Of a stretch of DNA of 32,000 nt, positions 1 to 8,821 are shown piece by piece (position 1 is the stretch's first letter; the number at the start of each line of letters is the position of its first letter). The DNA comes from Pseudomonas aeruginosa (GTDB taxonomy: Bacteria; Pseudomonadota; Gammaproteobacteria; Pseudomonadales; Pseudomonadaceae). Location of the stretch: contig NZ_LN831024.1 of assembly GCF_001457615.1 (NCBI RefSeq), positions 6,120,001-6,152,000 on the forward strand. Direction: 5' to 3'. The notes under the pieces are model-generated. The model was given only the letters and a program-made list of their open reading frames with translations, had not been told where the DNA came from and ran no database searches. A program made the position numbers and the translations under genes.

Positions 1-607
1 GCATCTGCGGCTTGTAGGCGAGCCACAGTCGCTCGAGCTGGCCGATGGGGTCGTGCTCGGCCCAGTCGACGCGCAGGTCGACCACCGGCCAGAGCAGGTC
101 GCCGACCACCGACAGCGCCGCCGAATGCACCGGCCCGGCTTCGCCACCAGCGGCCAGCGCGGCACGCATCGCCGCCAGCAGGCGCTCGGCGAGCAGGCCT
201 TCGGCGTTCTCGAAGGCATCCACCATCGCCTCGATCACTTCCGGCGCGGCCAGCAGGTTGCCGGCCGCCACGCATTGTTCGCCGGCCCGCGCATGGTGGA
301 CGCCGAGCGCCTCGCGGCCGGTGAACAACGCGGTGCGGCCGTGCTGGTCGATCACCGTGACCTGGCGATACTGGCCATAGCCGTTGCTGCTCAGCGCCTG
401 GTCCAGCGCTTCGCCAGGGGCCAGGCCCTGGTCGAGGCGGTCGAGGATCTGCGGGCCGAGCGCCGGCAGGGTGATGTTCTGCGTAGCCACCGCGCCGGTG
501 CCGGCGCGCAGCCAGGGACAACGGGCGCCGACGGCGATGCTCGACGAGCTGATGGCGATGCCCAGCTGGCCGGTTTCGGCGCAGCGGCCGACGATGGAAA
601 AGGTCAT
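1..607 (-). CDS. DUF1028 family (Ntn-hydrolase-like) protein, C-terminus truncated by window edge
   Basis: Minus-strand reading frame starting at cat 605-607 translates MTFSIVGRCAETGQLGIAISSSSIAVGARCPWLRAGTGAVATQN..., typical of DUF1028 proteins; long open frame to the window edge. Confidence 0.85.
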   Translation of the reverse strand, partial: MTFSIVGRCAETGQLGIAISSSSIAVGARCPWLRAGTGAVATQNITLPALGPQILDRLDQGLAPGEALDQALSSNGYGQYRQVTVIDQHGRTALFTGREALGVHHARAGEQCVAAGNLLAAPEVIEAMVDAFENAEGLLAERLLAAMRAALAAGGEAGPVHSAALSVVGDLLWPVVDLRVDWAEHDPIGQLERLWLAYKPQM

Positions 608-620
608 GGCGCGCGCCTCC

Positions 621-1043
621 TCATTGCTGCCAGTCGCCGGGAATCACCGCGATCACGTCGATCTCCATCAGCCACTGCGGCTGGCCGAGGGCCGAGACCA
701 CCAGTCCGGTGGAGATCGGGAACACCCCTTTGAGCCACTTGCCGACTTCGCGATAGACCGGCTCGCGGTAGCGCGGATCGATCAGGTAGGTGGTGGTCTT
801 GACGATGTGCGAGAGGTCGCTGCCGGCTTCCTCAAGCAGTTGCTTGACGTTCTTCATCGCCTGCTCGGCCTGGGCGCGCGGGTCGCCGAGGCCGACCAGG
901 TTGCCGTCGAAGTCGGTGCCGACCTGGCCGCGCACGTACACCGTGTTGCCGGCGCGCACGGCCTGGCAGAGATCGTTGTCCAGGGACTGGTTGGGGTAGG
1001 TGTCCTTGGTGTTGAACATGCGAATGCGGGTATGGGTAGGCAT
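621..1043 (-). CDS. RidA/YjgF/TdcF-family protein (reactive intermediate deaminase-like)
   Basis: Frame MPTHTRIRMFNTKDTYPNQSLDNDLCQAVRAGNTVYVRGQVGTDFDGNLVGLGDPRAQAEQAMKNVKQLLEEAGSDLSHIVKTTTYL... matches the RidA family pattern; start overlaps the stop of the upstream gene by one base. Confidence 0.88.
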   Translation of the reverse strand: MPTHTRIRMFNTKDTYPNQSLDNDLCQAVRAGNTVYVRGQVGTDFDGNLVGLGDPRAQAEQAMKNVKQLLEEAGSDLSHIVKTTTYLIDPRYREPVYREVGKWLKGVFPISTGLVVSALGQPQWLMEIDVIAVIPGDWQQ

Positions 1044-2395
1044 CAGCTGACTTCCTGGAGGCTGGTTTGCGGAGCTTGCGAGGCGCGGTCCTGTTCCTGG
1101 CGCTGGGCGGCGTCGCGGTATGCGAGGTACTTGCGCTGGATGGCGATGTGGTCGGCGACATGGCGCGCGTCGTGCCAGACGCCCCAGATGAACGAGGAGC
1201 CGCGCCGCGACAGCCAGGGCAGGCCGATGAAATACACGCCGGGTTCGCTGGACACGCCACGCTGGTGGCGCGGCTTGCCGTCGCGGTCGAAGGCATCGAC
1301 CTGCAGCCAGCCGAAGTCGACGGCATAGCCGGTGGCCCAGATGATGCTGCCCACCCCGGCCTCGGCCAGGTCCAGTTCGAGGATCGGATCGGTCACGCAC
1401 TGCGGGTCCGGCAGCCGGCGGCGCGCCTCGGGCTCTTCCGGCAGGTCAAGGCCGTTGCGGGCGATATAGGCGTCGGCGGCGTCGAGCAACGCCAGGTAGT
1501 TCTCGTCGCCGCGCGCCAGGTTCTCCGCCAGGTCCGGCCGGAAGGTCGCGACGCCGTCGACGAAGGATTCGGTCAGTCCGACCAGGGTCACGCCCTGATG
1601 CGCCAGGGCGCGGAAGTCCACGGTATGTCCGCCGCGGGCACCGCTCACGGCGATGGTCACATGCTCGCGCCCGGGCTTGGCGACTTCCGCATCCCATTCG
1701 CCGAGCACGCCCAGCCACCAGCAGAAGTCGCGGTTGCGGTAGGAACGCGGCGGACGGTCATGAGCGCCCACCGAGAGGTAGACCTGGCGCCCGGCACGTT
1801 GCAGCTCGTCGGCGATCTGTACCCCCGACGAACCGGCGCCGACCACCAGTACCGCACCTTCGGGCAGCTGCTGCGGGTTGTAGTAGTGGGCCGAGTGGAT
1901 CTGCCGGATACGCTCGTCGCGCGGCGCGATCGGCGGGATCACCGGACGCTGGAACGGGCCAGTGGCGGCGACCACGCGGTTGGCCTCGATGGTCCCTGCG
2001 GAGGTGTCCACGGTGAAGCCGGGGCGGCCGACATTGCGCACCACCTTCCTCACCTCGACGCCGGTACGGATCGGCGCGTCGAATTTCTTCGCGTAGGCCT
2101 CGAAATAGGCCGCCACCTGGTCCTTGCCGGGGAAACCGTCGGGATCGATGTCGAATTCCATTCCCGGGAAGCGGTCGTGCCAGGCCGGGCCGTTGGCCAC
2201 CAGCGAATCCCAGCGTCCGCTGCGCCAGGCCTCGGCGATGCGGTTGCGCTCCAGGACCAGGTGCGGCACGCCGAGCCGGCTCAGGTGCTCGCTCATCGCC
2301 ACGCCGGCCTGGCCGGCGCCGACGACGAGGGTGTCGGTCTTTTCCACGGTCCCGTCCGTGCGCGAGGGCAAGGCGGTGCGATTCAGGTCGGTCAT
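1043..2395 (-). CDS. FAD-dependent monooxygenase / flavin-containing monooxygenase-like oxidoreductase
   Basis: 450 aa; N-terminal dinucleotide-binding motif VVGAGQAGVAMSEHL and second GAGSSGVQIADEL motif; FMO-like C-terminus. Confidence 0.88.
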   Translation of the reverse strand: MTDLNRTALPSRTDGTVEKTDTLVVGAGQAGVAMSEHLSRLGVPHLVLERNRIAEAWRSGRWDSLVANGPAWHDRFPGMEFDIDPDGFPGKDQVAAYFEAYAKKFDAPIRTGVEVRKVVRNVGRPGFTVDTSAGTIEANRVVAATGPFQRPVIPPIAPRDERIRQIHSAHYYNPQQLPEGAVLVVGAGSSGVQIADELQRAGRQVYLSVGAHDRPPRSYRNRDFCWWLGVLGEWDAEVAKPGREHVTIAVSGARGGHTVDFRALAHQGVTLVGLTESFVDGVATFRPDLAENLARGDENYLALLDAADAYIARNGLDLPEEPEARRRLPDPQCVTDPILELDLAEAGVGSIIWATGYAVDFGWLQVDAFDRDGKPRHQRGVSSEPGVYFIGLPWLSRRGSSFIWGVWHDARHVADHIAIQRKYLAYRDAAQRQEQDRASQAPQTSLQEVS

Positions 2396-2688
2396 GGCTC
2401 GGTTCCTCGGACTCTGGTCGTTCTTGTTCTGCGGTTGCGTGATGGCCGCATTCTGTTCAGAGCCGGGGAATAGCGAAATTATGATTTTTGTAGTCGCTGG
2501 CTAGGGAAAAGCTGCACGCCCGCGCGGTCGGCGGGCGGCAGAGGCGTCGCTCAGGACCTGCCGACGATCTGGCGAGCTGGAGAAACCGGGCGAAAACGGA
2601 CGGGGAAGCGGAGTCCCCGAACGGCAACCGAGCTTTCCGAAGCCGTTTCCAACGCGGTTTTGCCGACGTACAGAGTTCGCGAAGGTTT

Positions 2689-4122
2689 TCAGAGGATCGG
2701 CGAGACCAGCCGCGCCACGCGCATCCCCAGTTGCTGCAGGCGGCGCACGCTGCGGCGGTCTTCCGGAGTGAATTCGAGCGACTCGGCGAAGTCCGCCTCG
2801 AGCATCGCCTCCACCTCGCCGGCGAAGCCCTCGTCGACGGTCACCACCATCACCTCGAAATTCAGCCGGAACGAACGGTTGTCCAGGTTGGCGCTGCCGA
2901 CGGCGGCGGTGTCGCGGTCCACCAGCACCACCTTCTGGTGGAGGAAGCCGGGCTGGTAGCGGAACACCTTGACCCCGGCACGGATCGCCTCCAGCGCGTA
3001 GAGGCTGGACGCGGCATACACCGTGCGGTGGTCCGGGCGCGAGGGTATCAGCAGGCGCACGTCGACGCCGCGCAGCACCGCCAGGCGCAGGGCGGCCATC
3101 ACCGCTTCGTCGGGAACGAAATACGGCGAGGTGATCCAGACCCGCTCGTGGGCGGCGTTGATCATCTCGACGAAGAACAGCGAGCAGGTTTCCTGGGCAT
3201 CCGCCGGACCGCTGGCGACTACCTGGCAGAGCGCGCCCTCGCTGTCGTACTGCGGCGGCAGGATCAGCGGCGGCAGGCTGTGGGTCGCCCAGTACCAGTC
3301 CTCGGCGAAGCTTTCCTGCAGGCACGCCACCGCCGGCCCGCGCAGTTCCATGTGGGTGTCGCGCCAGGGCGCCAGCGGCGGCTTCTCGCCGAGGTACTCG
3401 ACGCCGACGTTGTGCCCGCCGACGAAACCGCACTCGCCATCCACCACCACGACCTTGCGGTGGTTGCGGAAATTCACCTGGAAGCGGTTGAGCATGCCGC
3501 TGCCGGTGCTGAAGCCATGCATCTGCACGCCGCCCTGGCGCATCCGCTCGACATAGCGGTGCGGCAGCGCGTGGCTGCCGATGGCGTCATAGAGGAAGAA
3601 CACCTCGACGCCGTTGGCCGCACGTTCCAGCAGCAGTTGCTGGAGGCGCTGGCCAAGGGCGTCGTCGCGGACGATGAAGAACTGCACCAGGATCACCTGG
3701 CGGGCGGCGGAAATCGCCTTGAACATCGCCTCGAAGCTGGCCTCGCCGTTGACCAGCAGGCGCACCCGGTTGTTCGCCAGGGTCGGCGTGCGGGTCATCC
3801 GCACCAGCGCCTTGAGCCCCTTGTAGCCGCTGACCTGGCGGGCCGCCAGGGCCTCCTCGACCCAGGGACGCCAGTCCAGCTCGGCGGCCGCCAGGTGCAT
3901 CTCGCGGTTGGCCTGGCGCCGCGCCTCGATGTAGGCGTCGAAACGGCTGCGACCGAACACCAGGTACGGCAGCAGGGTCAGGTACGGCATGAATACCAAC
4001 GAGGTGGCCCAGGCGATCGCGCCCTGGGCGGTGCGCACGGTGAGCACGGCATGGATGGCGGCGACGAAGCCGAGTACCTGGATACCGACCAGCAGCAGGC
4101 CGAGGTAGGTGGTGGAGGTCAT
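2689..4122 (-). CDS. cls: Cardiolipin synthase-like phospholipase D family protein
   Basis: Two HKD-type motifs ([24 protein letters not shown] and [25 protein letters not shown]), N-terminal hydrophobic helices [27 protein letters not shown]. Start chosen at 4122 rather than the longer ORF start 4350. Confidence 0.9.
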   Translation of the reverse strand: MTSTTYLGLLLVGIQVLGFVAAIHAVLTVRTAQGAIAWATSLVFMPYLTLLPYLVFGRSRFDAYIEARRQANREMHLAAAELDWRPWVEEALAARQVSGYKGLKALVRMTRTPTLANNRVRLLVNGEASFEAMFKAISAARQVILVQFFIVRDDALGQRLQQLLLERAANGVEVFFLYDAIGSHALPHRYVERMRQGGVQMHGFSTGSGMLNRFQVNFRNHRKVVVVDGECGFVGGHNVGVEYLGEKPPLAPWRDTHMELRGPAVACLQESFAEDWYWATHSLPPLILPPQYDSEGALCQVVASGPADAQETCSLFFVEMINAAHERVWITSPYFVPDEAVMAALRLAVLRGVDVRLLIPSRPDHRTVYAASSLYALEAIRAGVKVFRYQPGFLHQKVVLVDRDTAAVGSANLDNRSFRLNFEVMVVTVDEGFAGEVEAMLEADFAESLEFTPEDRRSVRRLQQLGMRVARLVSPIL

Positions 4123-4315
4123 TGCGCGAGGTCGATCCTTGTCCACTCCGGTGGCGGCCATCATAGCCCTCTCCGGGGTAGGTCTGGCCAGCCTGGCAAA
4201 CAGCCAGGGGGGCGAGGCGGGATTGGCAGGATCCGTGGGATCGACGTCATTCGGCCGCGCTCGCCCTGCCCTACGCTGTTCCCATCGAAAACCACCGCAG
4301 ACCGAGGAGCCCGCC

Positions 4316-4786
4316 ATGAGCGACGTCCGTCCCCCGCTTCCCCCCTTCACCGCCGAAACCGCCGCGCAGAAGGTCCGCGCCGCCGAGGACGGCTGGAACA
4401 GCCGCGACCCGCAGCGCGTCTCGCTGGCCTACAGTCCCGACAGCGTCTGGCGCAATCGCTCGACCTTCGTCCGCGGCCGCGAGCGGATCGTCGAATTCCT
4501 CAGCGGCAAGTGGCAGCGCGAGCAGGAGTACCGGCTGATCAAGGAACTCTGGGCGTTTACCGGCAACCGCATCGCCGTGCGCTTCGCCTATGAATGGCAC
4601 GACGACTCGGGCAACTGGTTCCGCTCCTACGGCAACGAGAACTGGGCGTTCGACGAGCAGGGATTGATGTACGAACGTCACGCCAGCATCAACGACCTGC
4701 CGATCCGCGAGGACCAGCGGCTGTTCCGCTGGCCGCTGGGGCGCCGGCCGGACAACCATCCGTCGCTCGGCGAACTCGGCCTCTGA
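4316..4786 (+). CDS. Nuclear transport factor 2 / SnoaL-like protein (DUF1348)
   Basis: 156 aa [62 protein letters not shown]...; divergent from the cls-like gene. Confidence 0.82.
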   Translation: MSDVRPPLPPFTAETAAQKVRAAEDGWNSRDPQRVSLAYSPDSVWRNRSTFVRGRERIVEFLSGKWQREQEYRLIKELWAFTGNRIAVRFAYEWHDDSGNWFRSYGNENWAFDEQGLMYERHASINDLPIREDQRLFRWPLGRRPDNHPSLGELGL

Positions 4787-5007
4787 ACCCGCGCCGGCAG
4801 GGGCGCGCGCACTCCCCGTTGCCGGCCCCGGGCGGCCAGCGCCTGTTCCATCCGCGACATTGCCCTCCGTCGTTGCGGTCGCACGCTTGACGCTTTCGGC
4901 ACGACCCTGGTCGTTTTCGGGCCGGGTCGCGCCGGGCCCCGACGATATGCTGCCCCCAAAGCGTCGGCACAAGTCCCGGCGCGCCCAGCCTGAAAGGGGT
5001 ATGCCAG

Positions 5008-5985
5008 ATGAGCCCAGCCGAATTGCACGCCGACAGCATCGTCATCGACGGTCTGATCATCGCCAAGTGGAACCGCGAACTGTTCGAGGACATGCGCAAG
5101 GGCGGCCTGACCGCCGCCAATTGCACCGTATCGGTATGGGAAGGCTTCCAGGCGACGGTGAACAATATCGTCGCCAGCAACAAGCTGATCCGCGACAACA
5201 GCGACCTGGTGATCCCGGTGCGCAGCACCGCGGACATCCGCAAGGCCAAGGAGCAGGGCAAGACCGGCATCCTCTACGGTTTCCAGAATGCCCACGCATT
5301 CGAGGACCAGATCGGCTACGTCGAGGTGTTCAAGCAGCTCGGCGTGGGCATCGTGCAGATGTGCTACAACACCCAGAACCTGGTCGGCACCGGCTGCTAC
5401 GAGCGTGACGGCGGGCTCTCCGGCTTCGGTCGGGAGATCGTCGCGGAGATGAACCGGGTCGGCATCATGTGCGACCTCTCCCACGTCGGCAGCAAGACTT
5501 CCGAAGAGGTCATCCTCGAATCGAAGAAGCCGGTCTGCTACTCCCACTGCCTGCCGTCCGGCCTCAAGGAACACCCGCGCAACAAGTCCGACGAGGAGCT
5601 GAAGTTCATCGCCGATCATGGCGGCTTCGTCGGTGTGACCATGTTCGCGCCGTTCCTCAAGAAAGGCATCGACTCGACCATCGACGACTACGCCGAGGCC
5701 ATCGAGTACGTGATGAACATCGTCGGCGAGGACGCCATCGGCATCGGCACCGATTTCACCCAGGGCCACGGCCACGACTTCTTCGAGTGGCTGACCCACG
5801 ACAAGGGCTACGCCCGGCGCCTGACCAACTTCGGCAAGATCGTCAACCCGCTGGGCATCCGCACCGTCGGCGAATTCCCCAACCTCACCGAGACCCTGCT
5901 CGAGCGCGGCATGCCCGAGCGCGTGGTGCGCAAGGTGATGGGCGAGAACTGGGTAAGGGTCCTGCGCGACGTCTGGGGCGAGTAA
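5008..5985 (+). CDS. Membrane dipeptidase (peptidase M19, renal dipeptidase-like), first gene of the dgc-type cluster
   Basis: 325 aa with HADSIVIDGLI, HCLPSG, GEDAIGIGTDFTQGHG motifs typical of the M19 family. Confidence 0.85.
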   Translation: MSPAELHADSIVIDGLIIAKWNRELFEDMRKGGLTAANCTVSVWEGFQATVNNIVASNKLIRDNSDLVIPVRSTADIRKAKEQGKTGILYGFQNAHAFEDQIGYVEVFKQLGVGIVQMCYNTQNLVGTGCYERDGGLSGFGREIVAEMNRVGIMCDLSHVGSKTSEEVILESKKPVCYSHCLPSGLKEHPRNKSDEELKFIADHGGFVGVTMFAPFLKKGIDSTIDDYAEAIEYVMNIVGEDAIGIGTDFTQGHGHDFFEWLTHDKGYARRLTNFGKIVNPLGIRTVGEFPNLTETLLERGMPERVVRKVMGENWVRVLRDVWGE

Positions 5986-6061
5986 CTCCCGGCCCACTCC
6001 CGACTCGTCGCCTCTTCCTCAAGGGAGCGGCATTGCATCGCACCCATCTTCCCTCTCCCCG

Positions 6062-6085
6062 CCTCTCTCCCTGAAGGGAGAGAGG
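6062..6085. repeat. Spacer inverted repeat, member 1 (between dipeptidase gene and DUF5943 gene)
   Basis: CCTCTCTCCCT-GA-AGGGAGAGAGG, 11-bp perfect stem. Confidence 0.85.
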
Positions 6086-6111
6086 GAGTCAAAAGAATCG
6101 GAGCTTACACC

Positions 6112-6642
6112 ATGGCCAAACATGCCCCCCAACTGCCCATCGAGGTCGACAGCGAGACCGGCGTCTGGACCACTGACGCCCTGCCGATGCTCTACGTACC
6201 GCGACATTTCTTCGTCAACAACCACATGGGCATCGAGGAAGTGCTGGGCGCCGACGCCTACGCCGAGATCCTCTACAAGGCCGGCTACAAGTCCGCCTGG
6301 CACTGGTGCGAGAAGGAAGCCGAATGTCACGGCCTGGAGGGCGTGGCGGTGTTCGAGCACTACATGAAGCGCCTGTCCCAGCGCGGCTGGGGCCTGTTCG
6401 AGATCGAGCGGATCAACCTCGAGGAAGGCACCGCCGAGGTCCGCCTGCGGCACTCCGCCTTCGTCTACGTCTACGGCAAGGTCAATCGCAAGGTCGATTA
6501 CATGTTCACCGGCTGGTTCGCCGGCGCCATGGACCAGATCCTCGCCGCCCGTGGCAGCAGCCTGCGCACCGTGGCCGAACAGGTCTACAGCGGCGCCGAG
6601 GACGGTCACGAAGACGGCCTGTTCGTCGTCAAACCCCTGTAA
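6112..6642 (+). CDS. DUF5943-like protein, possibly related to the V4R/4-vinyl-reductase fold
   Basis: 176 aa MAKHAPQLPIEVDSETGVWTTDALPMLYVPRHFFVNNHMG...; strong RBS context; syntenic between the dipeptidase and dgcA. Confidence 0.75.
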   Translation: MAKHAPQLPIEVDSETGVWTTDALPMLYVPRHFFVNNHMGIEEVLGADAYAEILYKAGYKSAWHWCEKEAECHGLEGVAVFEHYMKRLSQRGWGLFEIERINLEEGTAEVRLRHSAFVYVYGKVNRKVDYMFTGWFAGAMDQILAARGSSLRTVAEQVYSGAEDGHEDGLFVVKPL

Positions 6643-6657
6643 GCCGAGGAAAGGGTC

Positions 6658-8718
6658 ATGGCCTTCGAAGCAATGTTCCAGCCGATCCAGATCGGCAAGC
6701 TGACCATCCGCAACCGCGTGCTCTCCACCGCCCACGCCGAGGTCTACGCCACCGACGGCGGGATGACCACCGAGCGCTACGTGAAGTACTACGAGGAAAA
6801 GGCCAAGGGCGGCATCGGCCTGGCCATCTGTGGCGGCTCCTCGGTGGTCGCCATCGACAGCCCGCAGCAGTGGTGGAGTTCGGTGAACCTGTCCACCGAC
6901 CGGATCATCCCGCACTTCCAGAACCTGGCGGACGCCATGCACAAGCACGGCGCCAAGATCATGATCCAGATTACCCACATGGGGCGCCGTTCGCGCTGGG
7001 ACGGCTACCACTGGCCGACCCTGATGTCGCCGTCGGGTATCCGCGAGCCGGTGCACCGCGCCACCTGCAAGACCATCGAGGTGGAGGAGATCTGGCGGGT
7101 CATCGGCAACTACGCGCAGGCCGCCCGCCGCGCCAAGGAAGGCGGCCTGGACGGCGTCGAGCTGTCCGCCGTGCACCAGCACATGATCGACCAGTTCTGG
7201 AGCCCACGGGTCAACAAGCGCACCGACGAATGGGGCGGTAGCTTCGAGGGGCGCATGAAGTTCGGCCTCGAGGTGCTCAAGGCGGTGCGCGCCGAGGTCG
7301 GCGAGGACTTCTGCGTCGGCATGCGCATCTGCGGCGACGAGTTCCACCCGGACGGCCTGTCCCACGAGGACATGAAGCAGATCGCCAAGTACTACAGCGA
7401 TACCGGCATGCTCGACTTCATCGGCGTGGTCGGCTCCGGCTGCGACACCCACAATACCCTGGCCAACGTCATCCCCAACATGACCTTCCCGCCGGAGCCG
7501 TTCCTGCACCTGGCGGCCGGCATCAAGGAAGTGGTCGACGTGCCGGTGCTACACGCGCAGAACATCAAGGACCCGAACCAGGCCACGCGCATCCTCGAAG
7601 GCGGCTACGTGGACATGGTCGGCATGACTCGCGCGCACATCGCCGACCCGCACCTGATCGCCAAGATCAAGATGGGCCAGGTCGACCAGATCAAGCAGTG
7701 CGTCGGCGCCAACTACTGCATCGACCGCCAGTACCAGGGCCTGGACGTGCTGTGCATCCAGAACGCCGCGACCTCCCGCGAATACATGGGCGTGCCGCAC
7801 ATCATCGAGAAGTCCGCCGGACCGAAGCGCAAGGTGGTGGTGGTCGGCGGCGGGCCGGCCGGGATGGAAGCGGCCCGCGTGGCGGCCGAGCGTGGCCACG
7901 ACGTGACCCTGTTCGAGAAGAAGGAGCAGCTCGGCGGCCAGATCACCACCGCCGCCAAGGCGCCGCAACGCGACCAGATCGCCGGCATCACCCGTTGGTA
8001 CCAGCTGGAGCTGGCGCGCCTGGGCATCGACCTGCGCCTGGGCACCGCGGCCGACCCCGAGACCATCCTCGACCTGCGCCCGGACGTGGTGGTGCTGGCC
8101 AACGGCGGACATCCGTTCCTCGAGCAGAACGAACACTGGGGCGCCGCCGAAGGCCTCGTGGTGAGCAGCTGGGACGTGCTCGACGGCACGGTCGAGCCAG
8201 GCAAGAACGTGCTGGTCTACGACACCATCTGCGAGTTCAGCGGCATGTCGGTGGCGGACTTCCTCGCCGACAAGGGCGCCCAGGTGGAGATCGTCACCGA
8301 CGACATCAAGCCGGGCGTGGCCATCGGCGGCACCACCTTCCCCACCTACTACCGCAGCATGTATCCCAAGGAAGTGATCATGACCGGCGACCTCATGCTG
8401 GAGAAGGTCTACCGCGAGGGCGACAAGCTGGTGGCGGTGCTGGAGAACGAATACACCGGCGCGCGGGAAGAGCGGGTGGTCGACCAGGTGGTGGTGGAAA
8501 ACGGCGTGCGCCCCGACGAGAGCCTCTACTACGCGCTCAAGCAGGGCTCGCGGAACAAGGGCCAGATCGACGTCGAGGCGCTGTTCGCGATCCAGCCGCA
8601 GCCCTGCCTCAGCCAGTCCGGAGAAGGCTACCTGCTGTTCCGCATCGGCGACTGCGTGGCCCAGCGCAACACCCATGCGGCGATCTATGACGCGCTGCGC
8701 TTGTGCAAGGATTTCTAA
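6658..8718 (+). CDS. dgcA: Dimethylglycine demethylase subunit, old-yellow-enzyme/trimethylamine-dehydrogenase-like FMN + FAD oxidoreductase
   Basis: 686 aa; TIM-barrel OYE domain (FQPIQIGKLTIRNRVLSTAHAE, GRRSRWDGYHW, GAD.. region) fused to FAD/NAD domain (VVVVGGGPAGMEAARVAAERGHDVTLFEKK), followed by dgcB-like gene. Confidence 0.92.
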   Translation: MAFEAMFQPIQIGKLTIRNRVLSTAHAEVYATDGGMTTERYVKYYEEKAKGGIGLAICGGSSVVAIDSPQQWWSSVNLSTDRIIPHFQNLADAMHKHGAKIMIQITHMGRRSRWDGYHWPTLMSPSGIREPVHRATCKTIEVEEIWRVIGNYAQAARRAKEGGLDGVELSAVHQHMIDQFWSPRVNKRTDEWGGSFEGRMKFGLEVLKAVRAEVGEDFCVGMRICGDEFHPDGLSHEDMKQIAKYYSDTGMLDFIGVVGSGCDTHNTLANVIPNMTFPPEPFLHLAAGIKEVVDVPVLHAQNIKDPNQATRILEGGYVDMVGMTRAHIADPHLIAKIKMGQVDQIKQCVGANYCIDRQYQGLDVLCIQNAATSREYMGVPHIIEKSAGPKRKVVVVGGGPAGMEAARVAAERGHDVTLFEKKEQLGGQITTAAKAPQRDQIAGITRWYQLELARLGIDLRLGTAADPETILDLRPDVVVLANGGHPFLEQNEHWGAAEGLVVSSWDVLDGTVEPGKNVLVYDTICEFSGMSVADFLADKGAQVEIVTDDIKPGVAIGGTTFPTYYRSMYPKEVIMTGDLMLEKVYREGDKLVAVLENEYTGAREERVVDQVVVENGVRPDESLYYALKQGSRNKGQIDVEALFAIQPQPCLSQSGEGYLLFRIGDCVAQRNTHAAIYDALRLCKDF

Positions 8719-8756
8719 GACACGCCTCGTGGCATCCGACCGGCACGGCCGGCCCC

Positions 8757-8778
8757 CCTCTCCCGCAAGCGGGAGAGG
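8757..8778. repeat. Spacer inverted repeat, member 2 (dgcA-dgcB)
   Basis: CCTCTCCCGC-AA-GCGGGAGAGG, 10-bp perfect stem. Confidence 0.85.
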
Positions 8779-8821
8779 AGGCCGATCCAGCGCCGCCTGA
8801 CGTCCCGCAGGGAGACCAGAA

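Noticed and set aside
2731-4593. 620-aa ORF on the plus strand opposite the cls-like gene
   Set aside because: Antisense to a PLD-family gene whose HKD motifs are intact; no recognisable domain.
6062-6085. The CTCTCC/GGAGAG hairpins as intrinsic terminators
   Set aside because: No U-tract follows the stems and they lie inside co-directional gene clusters; described as repeats instead.
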